NCBI RefSeq assembly: GCF_964204645.1
Contig: NC_134032.1
Coordinates: 1,794,416-1,858,415 of the forward strand
Length of the DNA: 64,000 bases
Reading direction: 5' to 3'
DNA from: Tubulanus polymorphus
Taxonomy: Eukaryota > Animalia > Nemertea
The translations under genes were made by a program, and so were the position numbers. Positions 19,884 through 30,932 of this stretch are shown here, in pieces. How positions within the stretch are numbered: the first letter of the stretch is position 1; each line of letters opens with the position of its first letter. The notes beneath the pieces were generated by a model. That model saw only the letters and a list, made by a program, of their open reading frames with translations. It did no database searches and had not been told where the DNA came from.

Positions 19884-19968
19884 TTATTAGGAAAAAAAAT
19901 TACTTGTGGTGATGAGTGGTGTCTCGCCCTCACGCCCTCTGGCCTGAAACCCCACTTTTCTAATTACT
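19876..19968 (-). repeat. Right terminal inverted repeat (93 bp)
   Basis: Reverse complement of 3319-3411, one mismatch. Confidence 0.97.
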
Positions 19969-19974
19969 GCCATT
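19969..19974. repeat. Right 6-bp target-site duplication GCCATT
   Basis: Matches 3313-3318. Confidence 0.95.
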
Positions 19975-20473
19975 TTATTTTTGTAGTATTAGGGTTAGTA
20001 GGGTACCGGTCCGTAAAACCGTACCTTGAAAAATATCAAACATTTACGTAATTTAACTTTAAAAAGCCACGAAAGTATTATTTGCGTGGAAAATGAGAGT
20101 TTAGGGGGGCCTCCTTAGTTCACGTAGATTTGCGGGAAAAAATTGATGATGAATTTGCGAGGAAAATATTTTTGTGGATTTTAGTGATAACGGAGTTTTT
20201 TTTGCAAATTTGGACTTACGGGAGGATTTGCATGGTGTTAGTGAATAAGCCCCCCCCCTGACACTAGAAAGATATTTCGAAGCACTTCAAAAAATTGACA
20301 AACAAGGTTGTTTACACTTGAAAGGGTGTGGGGCCTAAGTGTATAGGATACGGGTAGGAACATATTCTATACGTTATAGTACTGATTCAGTTCTTCATTT
20401 TGACTTGATGAGATCCACCATGTCCGCACAAAGGTGACATGGTATACTGTACGACTGGATGAACAGTTGACTA

Positions 20474-20710
20474 GACGAGATGAGACACGATATCCGTGTA
20501 AGATGATAACGAGAGAAATCCCAGAATAAATTCAGCCGAAACGGGAAACTTGAGTAGAAGAGTATATATAGTTTTGCGCAACGTTTCGGCTAAAGACTAT
20601 TAGCCATCATCAGGCGTAACTGAGAACAGGAGAATAGTACAAAATATTTATACAAGACCAAAACAATAGAAACAGAGGCAGTGATTAAAATGTTGAAAGG
20701 GGAATAGATA
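20474..20710 (-). repeat. Penelope pseudo-LTR-like repeat, copy 1 (~235 bp)
   Basis: Near-identical to 22731-22965; contains a minimal hammerhead motif. Confidence 0.8.
20577..20616 (-). ncRNA. Minimal type I hammerhead ribozyme
   Basis: CGC-CUGAUGA-U-GGCUA(loop)UAGCC-GAAAC-GUU-GCG. Confidence 0.8.
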
Positions 20711-21416
20711 TTATTTATTGTGGGATAGTATTTCTAATCTTCCTTTAAGAAATTGTGAACCTGCACCCCTTCAGATATTGACCATTGTTGCGTGAAAATT
20801 GAAAATGTCTCAGATGAAGTTCTGAACACATGTGAAGTGTGGATGATCAGTTTTTGAAAGTGTGCTAATAAAATGTCTAATGTCCGGTGTTAGTAGTTCA
20901 TTTTCAATTGAAAATGTTTCGGATGAAGTTCTGAACACATGTGAAGTGTTGACGATCAGTTTTTGAAAGTGTTTTGATAAAATGTCTATTCCTGATAAGG
21001 GATTAACTATTTGGACAGTGGAGTTATAATCAAGTTTGTTTATCCAAGATTCTGGACCTCATGACGCGAACGGTTAAGATTTATAGGAACAGTTAGAATT
21101 GCAGGCATGGACCCAACCGCTGAGATATTTTGCTATGGGATATTGCAGCATTTACAATATATTAGCATACGACGAATATTTATATTTAATTTGGTTGCAT
21201 TTGTATCTTTCACGCAATAATACAAAACTGAGTAAATTGACGAGTTAAATTTTATGAGGATCGAATTATCATTTGATGCAAACAATAAATTGTGAGCTTC
21301 ATGTGTTAATGGATAACCGTCAGTCTATTGTCAATGCAAAGCAGTGAATCATTCATTATTAGTTTAACTCGGATGAAAATCGGTGGAACTTACTACAGCT
21401 ATATCGTCCTCATGTC

Positions 21417-22355
21417 ATGAATTCAACTGTAATCGGCCGAACTTATAATAGCTATATCCTGCTCATGTCTGTGGTGAACAAGTCTGGAATCAACCGTTAT
21501 TTCTCGCTGGCCGTACTGCCTGTCTTGTTCCTTTTAGGAGCCTTCGGAAATTCGGCAACTTTCCTGATAATGATCAGTCGCAGATTCCGCGGTTTATCTT
21601 ACGCTAACTATCTGATCGTTTTGTCTCTCAGCGATTCCATGTCATGTATCAATTTTACACTGGTGCCTGTTTTGCAGTTTGTTCTCTTCCACGTTAAAGA
21701 CGGTCCTATATTCATGATCTTTTCACTGATCGGTTGTCAAATATATGAATTCACAATGGCACTTGCAAACTGCAATAGTTCGTGGTTGATAGTAGCGGTA
21801 TCTCTAGAACGTGCGGCAGTTGTTCTCTTCCCGTTCACATCTCGTTTGATATGTACACCGAGAGTGGCTAGATTTACCATATTGATAATTAACGCAGTGA
21901 ATGTACTTGTTCTGAATCTCACACCAACTTTGTCGATTCATTTTCCCAACCGGTTTTTTGGATGTTTCTATGAATTATTTGACCAAATAACATATTTTGC
22001 GGTATTTGTCGCCTACGTTTTCGTATTGCCTTTATCTTTGATTCTAATATCTAATTCTATAATAATAATTCAGTTATTCAGAGGTTCAAAAATGGTTTCG
22101 TCCGATCAGAAAACCGCGAAATCAAAACGTACAGCGATAATGCTCGTAACAGTTTCACTCGCATTTGCAGTATTTACACTTCCATCAACTATTATCGCAT
22201 TTTTACCAATATCACCGGAACAGAGAGAATTTCTATATGACGTATTTGTGCAGTTTCAAGTTTTTAACTATGTGGTAAATTTCTACATATATCTTTTGCT
22301 GGGCCGAGAAATTCGTGAATATTTCTGTACAAAAATTCGCTGCTGTAGAACATAA
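21417..22355 (+). CDS. Single-ORF rhodopsin-family (class A) GPCR, divergent peptide-receptor-like
   Basis: Seven hydrophobic segments; TM1 GN, TM2 LSLSD, TM3 SLERA (DRY variant), TM6 FTLP, TM7 NFYIY. Confidence 0.9.
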   Translation: MNSTVIGRTYNSYILLMSVVNKSGINRYFSLAVLPVLFLLGAFGNSATFLIMISRRFRGLSYANYLIVLSLSDSMSCINFTLVPVLQFVLFHVKDGPIFMIFSLIGCQIYEFTMALANCNSSWLIVAVSLERAAVVLFPFTSRLICTPRVARFTILIINAVNVLVLNLTPTLSIHFPNRFFGCFYELFDQITYFAVFVAYVFVLPLSLILISNSIIIIQLFRGSKMVSSDQKTAKSKRTAIMLVTVSLAFAVFTLPSTIIAFLPISPEQREFLYDVFVQFQVFNYVVNFYIYLLLGREIREYFCTKIRCCRT

Positions 22356-22730
22356 ATCAAATAACCGATGCGTTCAAGTCATTCACTACATACAACTTTC
22401 AATCCTGTATTTACTGTGGACTGGTTTTAAAGTGACATCTACGAGCAATTATTGCTCGTAGGTGACATTGAGTAGAAAACATTGTATCGCAAAATACAGT
22501 ACTTTCAACAATTGAAATTATCTTAACAATAAAAAACCGTACTCGGTGAAAGTTTACAATATAAAACTGTATTAACTCCCCCGATTTAGAGCCGAAGTCT
22601 TAACCGGTTCAGGGCTCTAGAATAGCGTGTATAGAATGAAATGCTAGTCGTGAATATTGCTCGGATAGAGGGCGCTGCGGGTGATTTTGAAAAAAAGTAT
22701 CTATTTCTTATTTCACATCTTGCATCATGA

Positions 22731-22965
22731 GACGAGAAGATACACGATATCCGTGTCAGATGATAACGAGAGAAATCCCAGAATAAATTCAGCCGAAACG
22801 AGAAACTTGAGTAGAAGAGTATATATAGTTTTGCGCAACGTTTCGGCTAAAGACTATTAGCCATCATCAGGCGTACTGAGAACAGGAGAATAGTACAAGA
22901 TATTTGTAAAAGACCAAAACAATAGAAAGAGAGTGAGTGATTAAAATGTTGAAAGGGGAATAGAT
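22731..22965 (-). repeat. Penelope pseudo-LTR-like repeat, copy 2
   Basis: Direct repeat of 20474-20710. Confidence 0.8.
22834..22873 (-). ncRNA. Minimal type I hammerhead ribozyme
   Basis: Identical core to 20577-20616. Confidence 0.8.
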
Positions 22966-24150
22966 TAAAGATTTTAGATTAGATTTAAATTTATTGCTCC
23001 AGAAAATTGTACATTTTTTGCGAGCACAGGATATATACAAAATAAACAGTTTGCAGTTATACAATAACAGTTGCTAGTCATACAATAACTAGTTATATTT
23101 ACAATTGAAAAGTTATTTTGAAAAGTTCGTGTATACCAGGAACAGCGATGAGGTGAGGCTAGATGAGGCTATGTGCCTTTTTTATAAAAACTGCAAGATT
23201 CCTTAGGACGTTTGGGTTTTCTGACGTAAAAAGGTTCATAAATTTTCTTATATTAGGAAACGTTACTATTTGTTGCGGTATGTACCGACTTCTTAAACTT
23301 TCGAAAAAAGTACACTCCATTATAAAATGGTATTCGTCGCCGATTTGCCCTAGGTTACATTTGGTACAAAGTCGTTCATTTCGGGGGATATTTTCATATC
23401 TTCTTGTTTCAATCGGTAGATTATGATTAGAGCAACGAAACCGTATTACATTTGTCCTGAGGTCAAATGGTAGTGCTAATGAACATACTTCCCGCCCCCA
23501 ATTCGGCTTAATAATTCTATAGGTATCTAGTTTTGTTGAAGCTGCGATAGTCTGGTGCCATTTCTGTTTGAATTGATCTTGTAAACATAATTTAACAGTT
23601 TCTGATAAATACCGGATATTCGGGAAAGATTGTTCGTACCAAATGTAACCTAGACCACAGTTTTCTAAGATAGACTGAATACAAGTGATCCATTTACTGG
23701 TCTTACCATTTACATGATTTTTTATTAGGATACGATACATTTTACTAGAATGAGTGTTGCTCTCTGTGATCAGATGTCCCCAAAACTTAACCATTCTGAC
23801 TTTTATTTGTATTTCAAAAGGAAAACGACCTAATTCTCCATAAACCATAGCATTTGGAGTTGCACGTTTCAATTTCAATAAGTATTTGCAGAACATTAGG
23901 TGTATTTTCTCGATTGCATCTAAGTTCGAGAAACCCCATATTTCACTACCAAAGGTAAGGATCGATCCCACCATTGCATCAAAAATTTTAAATGCAATGT
24001 CTATAGTTAGGGAGTATTGCTGTACTTTTTTAAGAACAAAAAATAGTGCTTTTTTTGCTAGGTCACAGATATCTTTTTTGCATTTAGCGAAATTTCCAGT
24101 ATAATTAAAGTGTACTCCCAAATACCTAAAGTCAGATACTGTATCCAAGG
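22962..24150 (-). mobile_element. 5'-truncated non-LTR retrotransposon (LINE); ORF 23159-24148 is the C-terminal part of ORF2
   Basis: RT thumb FRYLG, VYGELGRFP, RCSNHNLPIE..R, CxxC..GDEYHFIMEC knuckle; AATAAA and short (AATCT)-type tail at ~22962-22996 on the minus strand. Confidence 0.88.
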
Positions 24151-24726
24151 ATAAAGTAATGGCATTTAACAGCTGGGAAACAATGGTAAAGTAAGCAAAG
24201 GCAAACTAGGGGAAATGTAGATTCAAGTAAATTTAGAAACAAAGGACACAAACTAAAGTTATTAACACGTGAGGACAAGCTAAGGGGGGATTCGATGAAA
24301 ACAAAGAGAAGGAACATGAAAGGCGATAATCAGTGAATGAGTGGAAACAAGCAAGCGATGTACAAGGCAAACAATGGAGGGAATTAATATAACGGGGGTA
24401 CAAGAGAAGCGAGAACCCGTTATTCAAATTAACACCATTTTTCCGAGTTTTCGATAACCAGGGCCGATTCCATAATAGGTCGTTTAATTTTTTCCGGGCA
24501 GGGGAAAATTATGGGGGCATTTTCAAAATCAAAATTGTGGCTGGTTTCGTATACGTGATGGGCAACACCACTTTCAGGCTTAAAATTCATTCCTTTAATG
24601 TTCACGGATCGTGTAAATCGTGCCCGGTTTCACCAACATATATTTTAATACAGACTTTGCAGGGAATTTTATATACACCAATGTTCAGGTGTTCAATTTT
24701 GGGGGAGTTATGAGTTAGATTATGAC

Positions 24727-25230
24727 TACTGTCTGTCACACCTGCTCTCCGTGCGACGTTTTGGTCCGTAATTTCGTTAATAATCGGTTTATCTACTTTT
24801 ATTACGCATCAATTTGTTCAGTGAGGAATTTGCATTCAGAAATAAACAACAATTTTCACTAAAGTTGTTTTTGTTTTCATTTATGAGCGATAGTTTACTC
24901 GGCATACGCTCGCGTAATGCTGAAAAACAACTGCTCCGCGGACTCGCAGAAACGTAACAGTGACGTCATCACCTGCTCATTAGCATATCAAAATAGTAGG
25001 TGGCGCCACGTGACGGACCATACAAGCCGTTTTTCAGCACTACGCGAGCGTATGCTAGGTAAACTATCGCTGATAGATGATAACACAAACAAATTTATGC
25101 CAGTTCATGATTTATTTCTGAATGCAAATTCCTTACTGAACAAATTAATGCATAATATTTACAGATCAACCGATTATTAACGAAATTACGGACCAAAACG
25201 TCGCACGAAGAGCATGTGTGACAGCCAGTA
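24727..25230. mobile_element. ~500-bp largely palindromic MITE
   Basis: TACTG.CTGTCACAC..GCTCT..GTGCGACGTTTTGGTCCGTAATTTCGTTAATAATCGG is mirrored at the right end (...CAGTA); further internal inverted arms; TA at both ends. Confidence 0.85.
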
Positions 25231-25339
25231 GTTGTTGTTGGAGAGGGTTGTAGATTTTTCCAGAAAAGGAACAAAAGGTACAACAAAAGGCTGCTGTTTA
25301 CGCGCGCCTGTCCCTTGAGAATTACAGAAATGGGAACGA

Positions 25340-25505
25340 CAGGAGGAATAATGCAGGTCTGATCCACTGTGGGTAGGTTTCCTATAAACTGAGAATTTTA
25401 AACAATACAAACAATTGTGAATACGAACAACAAGGAAAGGGATTTTCCCATCAACTTCCAATTTAAACGTGGAGTTCAAGGAGGGATAAAAAGAGTTAGT
25501 AAATG
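25340..25505 (-). pseudogene. Penelope-like reverse transcriptase fragment (C-terminal RT/thumb)
   Basis: NSFYPSL..FKLEVDGKIPFL.V.I...KFSVYRKPTHSG..LHYSS matches the PLE RT pattern. Confidence 0.8.
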
Positions 25506-25512
25506 TAAGAAA

Positions 25513-25690
25513 TACAGTCAGCCCCCGATATACCGCCCACAATCGGTGCATAATGATTCTGGCGGTATCGAGAGTATGGCGGTATATCGGGGTGTTTTAT
25601 TATGTATTTGTATTGAGATGTACATTGAGAAAACCTGTCGGTAGGCGGGGATGGCAGTAAATGGGAGGGTGGTATATCGGGGGTTGACTA
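25513..25690. mobile_element. Small Tc1/mariner-pogo-type MITE
   Basis: TACAGTCAGCCCCCGATATACC ... GGTATATCGGGGGTTGACT inverted ends. Confidence 0.75.
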
Positions 25691-25945
25691 GATCAATATC
25701 AAAGTCACGAGGTATAAGGGTCATCAGCGTATCGTAACCATAGTTTAGGGGGAGTATCCATGTTATTCGGTTTCAACGTGTTCAAGGAATAGATTCGCTA
25801 GAACGGGGCTAAGCGGGTTCCCCGATAGCCATGCCAAAAACCTGTTCGAAATATGAATTGTTGAAACTAAAGACGAACGAGAGAAATCCGACAATAACGA
25901 AGCCAAGATTGGGAAATTCTATATCCGAATGATCGTATTTGAGAA

Positions 25946-25984
25946 GCGACGTTTCGGCTAACAACTGTTAGCCATCATCAGGCG
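25946..25984 (-). ncRNA. Minimal hammerhead ribozyme in a Penelope remnant
   Basis: CGC-CUGAUGA-U-GGCUAAC(AGUU)GUUAGCC-GAAAC-GUC-GC. Confidence 0.75.
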
Positions 25985-26204
25985 TACTGAAAACAAAAGC
26001 ACTGAAGAAGGAGTTCTGAGTGCAATGTTTAATTAATCGGGTAATGCAATCAGTAGGAATGTCAAAATTAAAATCCAACGAAGGACGTTTACGTTTACGA
26101 AAATCCAGCGTAGGCCTACGAGGAACATTGGTATAAAAAGAGAACTAGCGTCAAACGAAATGAATCTATCGTTACCAGGAATAATGTGTTCTAATAAATC
26201 TGGC

Positions 26205-26390
26205 TTGTGTCGTAAATGCGAGGGGGAGAAAGAACCAAAACCGGGGATAATTGTTCAGCCAGATAAACGATAAGAGGGCGAATTAGAATTAGATACAATT
26301 TGGCGCAGCGGAACATCTTTCTTATGGATTTTAGGGAGCCCATAGATATATAAGGTAGGGAGGGTAGACGTGATTGAAATTTCGGAAGCA
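26205..26390 (-). pseudogene. Penelope-like RT fragment (N-terminal RT region), frameshifted
   Basis: PSLPYI / [27 protein letters not shown] across a frameshift. Confidence 0.8.
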
Positions 26391-29144
26391 CGTCTTTGGA
26401 GTCCGGAAACCGTTGAACAATACCAGACCGATTCTTAATGAATTAGATGATTAAATGAAGCTTGCATGCGTGAGAGGGGTTTTGATTTCAATTGTTTATT
26501 TACAGTCGACTGTTCGTCCATTCGTCCAGTTATCCAGTCAGCTGTGCGTGCACTCTGTACGCGTTGTATTTCAAATTGTGCGGATGAATATAAACATGTA
26601 ATTTGTCCTAGAACTACTTTAACCGGATCATAATACACTTAGGCGGGGTTTGGTTACAAGATACAGATTGATACCTGTTTTATAAAAAATACAATGGACA
26701 CTCGTTACCACGAAACACACACCGGTTTGACTATTTCATATGGCTGAATAATTACTTCACCAACCTTAAGGATTTCACCTACCTACAGTAAGACGATGAT
26801 GACATCCAATACTAGACGGATTCCGAACTCGGCAGGAGCGAAGAAGCGCAGAGTCCTTACATCATCCCAGCTTTACAGGGCGGCTCTAATAACTCAACAG
26901 ATGCAAGGGCGAGTTTTAAACCAGGCCCGTACACATAATTTTCCAGAAAGGGGGGGGGGTCTACTTGGGGGGGGGGCGAAAAAGGCACCCAAGTGGTGGT
27001 GGTGGTGGCCGAATTGTTGCGATCGGCGCAAGCGCGACGCATAGGGGATGAGAAAATGTGTATATTTTACTCTTGTTTTTAGATCAAATTCCTGTAATCT
27101 GGACCATAAACAAGGGTGGACCCCGGGACTACTCTAGTACAACTTATAATGAAGGGCATTATCAACGGAAAAAATAACACAAAAATGAGGAGGGGGCTGG
27201 GGCCTTTTTTGGTGAAAATTATCTGCCTTGTCTTGAACTTTTTGGATTAATAGAGATGACTAAAGGACGGTGCCCTTTCTCGTTTTGGTTTCGGAATCGA
27301 TTGACGACCGAATTTGGCCCATTTGTTTAGAATTATCTACCTCGTTTGTGAAAATGTGCCCTTTTCTACTTTTTTGATTGTTAGGGACGACTTTTTACTT
27401 TAGAGATGAAATGTTTGAGTGAGAAAATTTTTTGACGTCAAAAATTTGAAAAATGGTGGCACTTTCACCAAAGGGGAACCGAACCCCACGAACGCCCCCT
27501 ATGTATGGGCCTCTACACTACGATCGAATGACTGATAGAACATGTTAAAATTTGGTACTGAATTGCGCCAGGTCAATGTCAACTTCACTTATTAATGTAT
27601 TTCAATAGTTTACTAGTTTTACACACGTGACTGGGCAGGAATTGTTTGGATAAAGAGACTCTTAATTTACACTTGTCGCAGGTTTGACCAGAATGACAAA
27701 CTTTACACACAGAACAAAATGGTTTCATTAGAAGTTTTATTAAAATCTCATACAAAGTTTTTATTCAATATTGTAAAACGATTTCTGCGATGTCTTCACT
27801 TTCTGAGGATGCTCTCCATATAGGCTTATCTTCACGTCGCTCTGGACCAGACAGAGTCCAACATAAAACAGAAATTTACAATCAACCTCACTTCAGTTCA
27901 TATATTCGAATCATTTGTTGATTTTTCAGAAGGACAACTGCATAAATTTGAAATATGAATTCTGACGACCTAACGACGATGAATTCAGCGAGGTTGACTA
28001 GTGTACTGGTGGCAAGGCGTTGGGTTTCAGTGAACGAGAAGCTCATCTTGTCGGCCGCGAAATGCAAAACCTAGTCACTCTAAAAGTCAGTCGCCGTGGT
28101 GGGCCGGAACGCCGTCCTGTGCCCACCAACGTCACCTCATAAGCCTCCTCCAAGAAAACTCTACGACAAGTGTAAATTAGCAAAGGCGACATCTGTTGCG
28201 TTTTTTTAGAACCAACCCTTTGTTGTCACCATAATCTGCAAACCGGAACCATACATTTTCATAACATCATAGCAACGAGAAGCCAATACGTGAAATAGTC
28301 AAACCTGCGATTTCCACGTAACCGATAGGTTCGGTTATAAACTGGTGAACCATACTTGGCCGATTGAATATTATGCAGTTGTAACATGTCTACATTTCTA
28401 GTCACTGTGGCGACTATAGAACTCAGCTTATTCAATGGGCTCAATTTCGTTTGAATTTCAAATTAACGAAGACAATTATCGTCATCGCTAATGCACGCAA
28501 AAGGGATGGAAATAGAAGTAAAAAAGATGACTTAGTATGCACTGAAATGAAAACTAGATGCGTGCTCTTTACACTGCAAATTATTCAAAGTAGGGGCATC
28601 TGAGTTTGCTGTAACGAGTGTCCATCGATAAGCCTAAACCTGACCTAACATTCCTATTACAATAATCAAAATTCTACCTACCAAATTCGTGAACGGAGCT
28701 TCGTTGATTATCTCGACGAGTTTTCTTTTCCTCGGTAGACGTGGCGACCAAGCTATACACAGTACGCATATGCCGGGAGTCCTATCTACGGCCAGGTTGG
28801 TTTAGTCTCCACGCGTTGGCAGCGATCAGATCCCGAGGAAGAAAGGCTTTACTGGAAAAAAGGCGACTAACAAAATTAACTTTTACCCGATACACGTACC
28901 TCTTATTTCAAGTTCTAAACATTGATATATCTACTCACCACCAATTTGAAACATCGTGAACTTTTTTGAACGGTATCAAGTCAACAGCGCTGACCGGCTA
29001 CCAGAGGTTGTGATTAAGAGAAAATGACTAACGACTGATCTGGAAAAAAGGTAAATAGGATACGATCACCACTGGTAAATTTTTCTAATCGTAGTGACCA
29101 TATGTTCATATCTTAACTGCATCATTGACCAGATAACTTTCCAA

Positions 29145-29277
<133 letters not shown>

Positions 29278-29799
29278 GTTGATAGTATTTGACAAGTACC
29301 CAGTGAAATGATATTATTAAACAGTAACTCCGTTACTTCAATACTAAATTCACAGACAGATCTGCACCCAAAAGTACGTTAGCAATAGACTTTAGAATTA
29401 TCCTGGAATCGAAAGCGGAATAAGTATTTGAAAGAGGCGTTGCATTTCAGAATTTAACATGAGACCAAAAGAAAGCTCGTAAATTTAAAATAAAGACTGG
29501 TATATACGTACAATTTGTGCAATTCATTCCCGCATAAGCTGTGCCGGCGCAAACCCGATCGGTGCAGCAGATCCATCGTTATATTCAGGCATAAGAGACC
29601 ACTCTGTAAACATATCAACCGAACAGAATGTGTAGTAAGACACGAAGGAATGGAAAATACCCAAGCCTGCTATAAACTAACTAAGACTGGCCCGGCTCAA
29701 TTAGTGTAGAATCCAGTTAGTAGTTCCTGGACGAATCGCTAATATCCATCCAACAAACAGAGTATTGTGTAGCTGACCGGTTGGCTGGATGACTGGCCG

Positions 29800-30932
29800 A
29801 CTGGGTGAGTGGATGAGTGGACGACTGGATGAGTGGACGACTGGATGAGTGGACGAGTGGACGACTGGATGAGTGGACGACTGGATGAGTGGACGACTGG
29901 ATGAGTGGACGACTGGATGAGTGGACGACTGGATGAGTGGACGACTGGATGAGTGGACGACTGGATGAGTGGATGACTGGATGAGTGGACGACTGGATGA
30001 GTGGACGACTGGATGAGTGGACGACTGGATGAGTTGACTACTGGATGAGTGGACTACTGGATGAGTGGACTACTGGATGAGTGGACGACTGGATGAGTGG
30101 ACGACTGGATGAGTGGACGACTGGATGAGTGGACGAGTGGACGACTGGATGAGTGGAGTACTGGATGAGTGGACGACTGGACGAGTGGATGAGTGGACGA
30201 GTGGAAGACTGGACGAGTGGATGAGTGGACGACATGAGTGGACGACTGGATGAGTTGACGCCTGGATGAGTGGACTACTGGATGAGTGTCCGACTTGATG
30301 AGTGGACGCCTGGATGAGTGGACTACTGGATGAGTGTCCGACTTGATGAGTGGACGCCTGGATGAGTGGACGCCTGGATGAGTGGACGACTGGATGAGTG
30401 GACGCCTGGATGAGTGGACGCCTGGATGAGTGGATGACTGGATGAGTGGAGTACTGGATGAGTGGACGAGTGGATGAGTGGATGAGTGGACGCTTGGATG
30501 AGTGGACGACTGGATGAGTGGACGACTGGACGAGTGGACGACTGGATGAGTGGACGAGTGGACGACTGGATGAGTGGACGCCTGGATGAGTGGCCGACTG
30601 GATGAGTGGATGACTGGATGAGTGGAGTACTGGATGAGTGGACGACTGGACGAGTGGATGAGTGGACGAGTGGACGACTGGATGAGTGGACGCTTGGATG
30701 AGTGGACGACTGGATGAGTGGACGACTGGACGAGTGGACGACTGGATGAGTGGACGAGTGGACGACTGGATGAGTGGACGCCTGGATGAGTGGCCGACTG
30801 GGTGAGTGGATGAGTGGATGAGTGGACGAGTGGATGAGTGGACGAATGGATGAGTGGACGACTGGATGAGTGGACGACTGGATGAGTGGACGACTGGATG
30901 AGTGGACGACTGGGTGAGTGGACGACTGGACG
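29800..30932. repeat. 16-bp minisatellite (TGGATGAGTGGACGAC; 8-bp subunits), ~1.1 kb
   Basis: Direct inspection. Confidence 0.97.

Larger units (their letters stand above)
3319..19968. mobile_element. Full-length Polinton/Maverick (adintovirus-like) endogenous DNA virus, 16,650 bp
   Basis: TIRs with AG...CT termini, 6-bp TSD, pPolB, RVE integrase, A32 ATPase and capsid-like ORFs; intronless, gene-dense and much more AT-rich than the flanks. Confidence 0.97.
3015..20256. mobile_element. Possible small non-autonomous TIR element (~0.6 kb when empty) into which the Polinton is nested
   Basis: Imperfect inverted ends: GGGGACCTTATTCAATAAC (3015-3033) versus GTTAGTGAATAAGCCCCCC (~20237-20256). 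Confidence 0.4.

Noticed and set aside
3319-19968. Element as contaminant or mis-joined viral contig
   Set aside because: Matching 6-bp TSD on both sides of intact TIRs indicates real integrase-mediated insertion; read-level confirmation is still advisable
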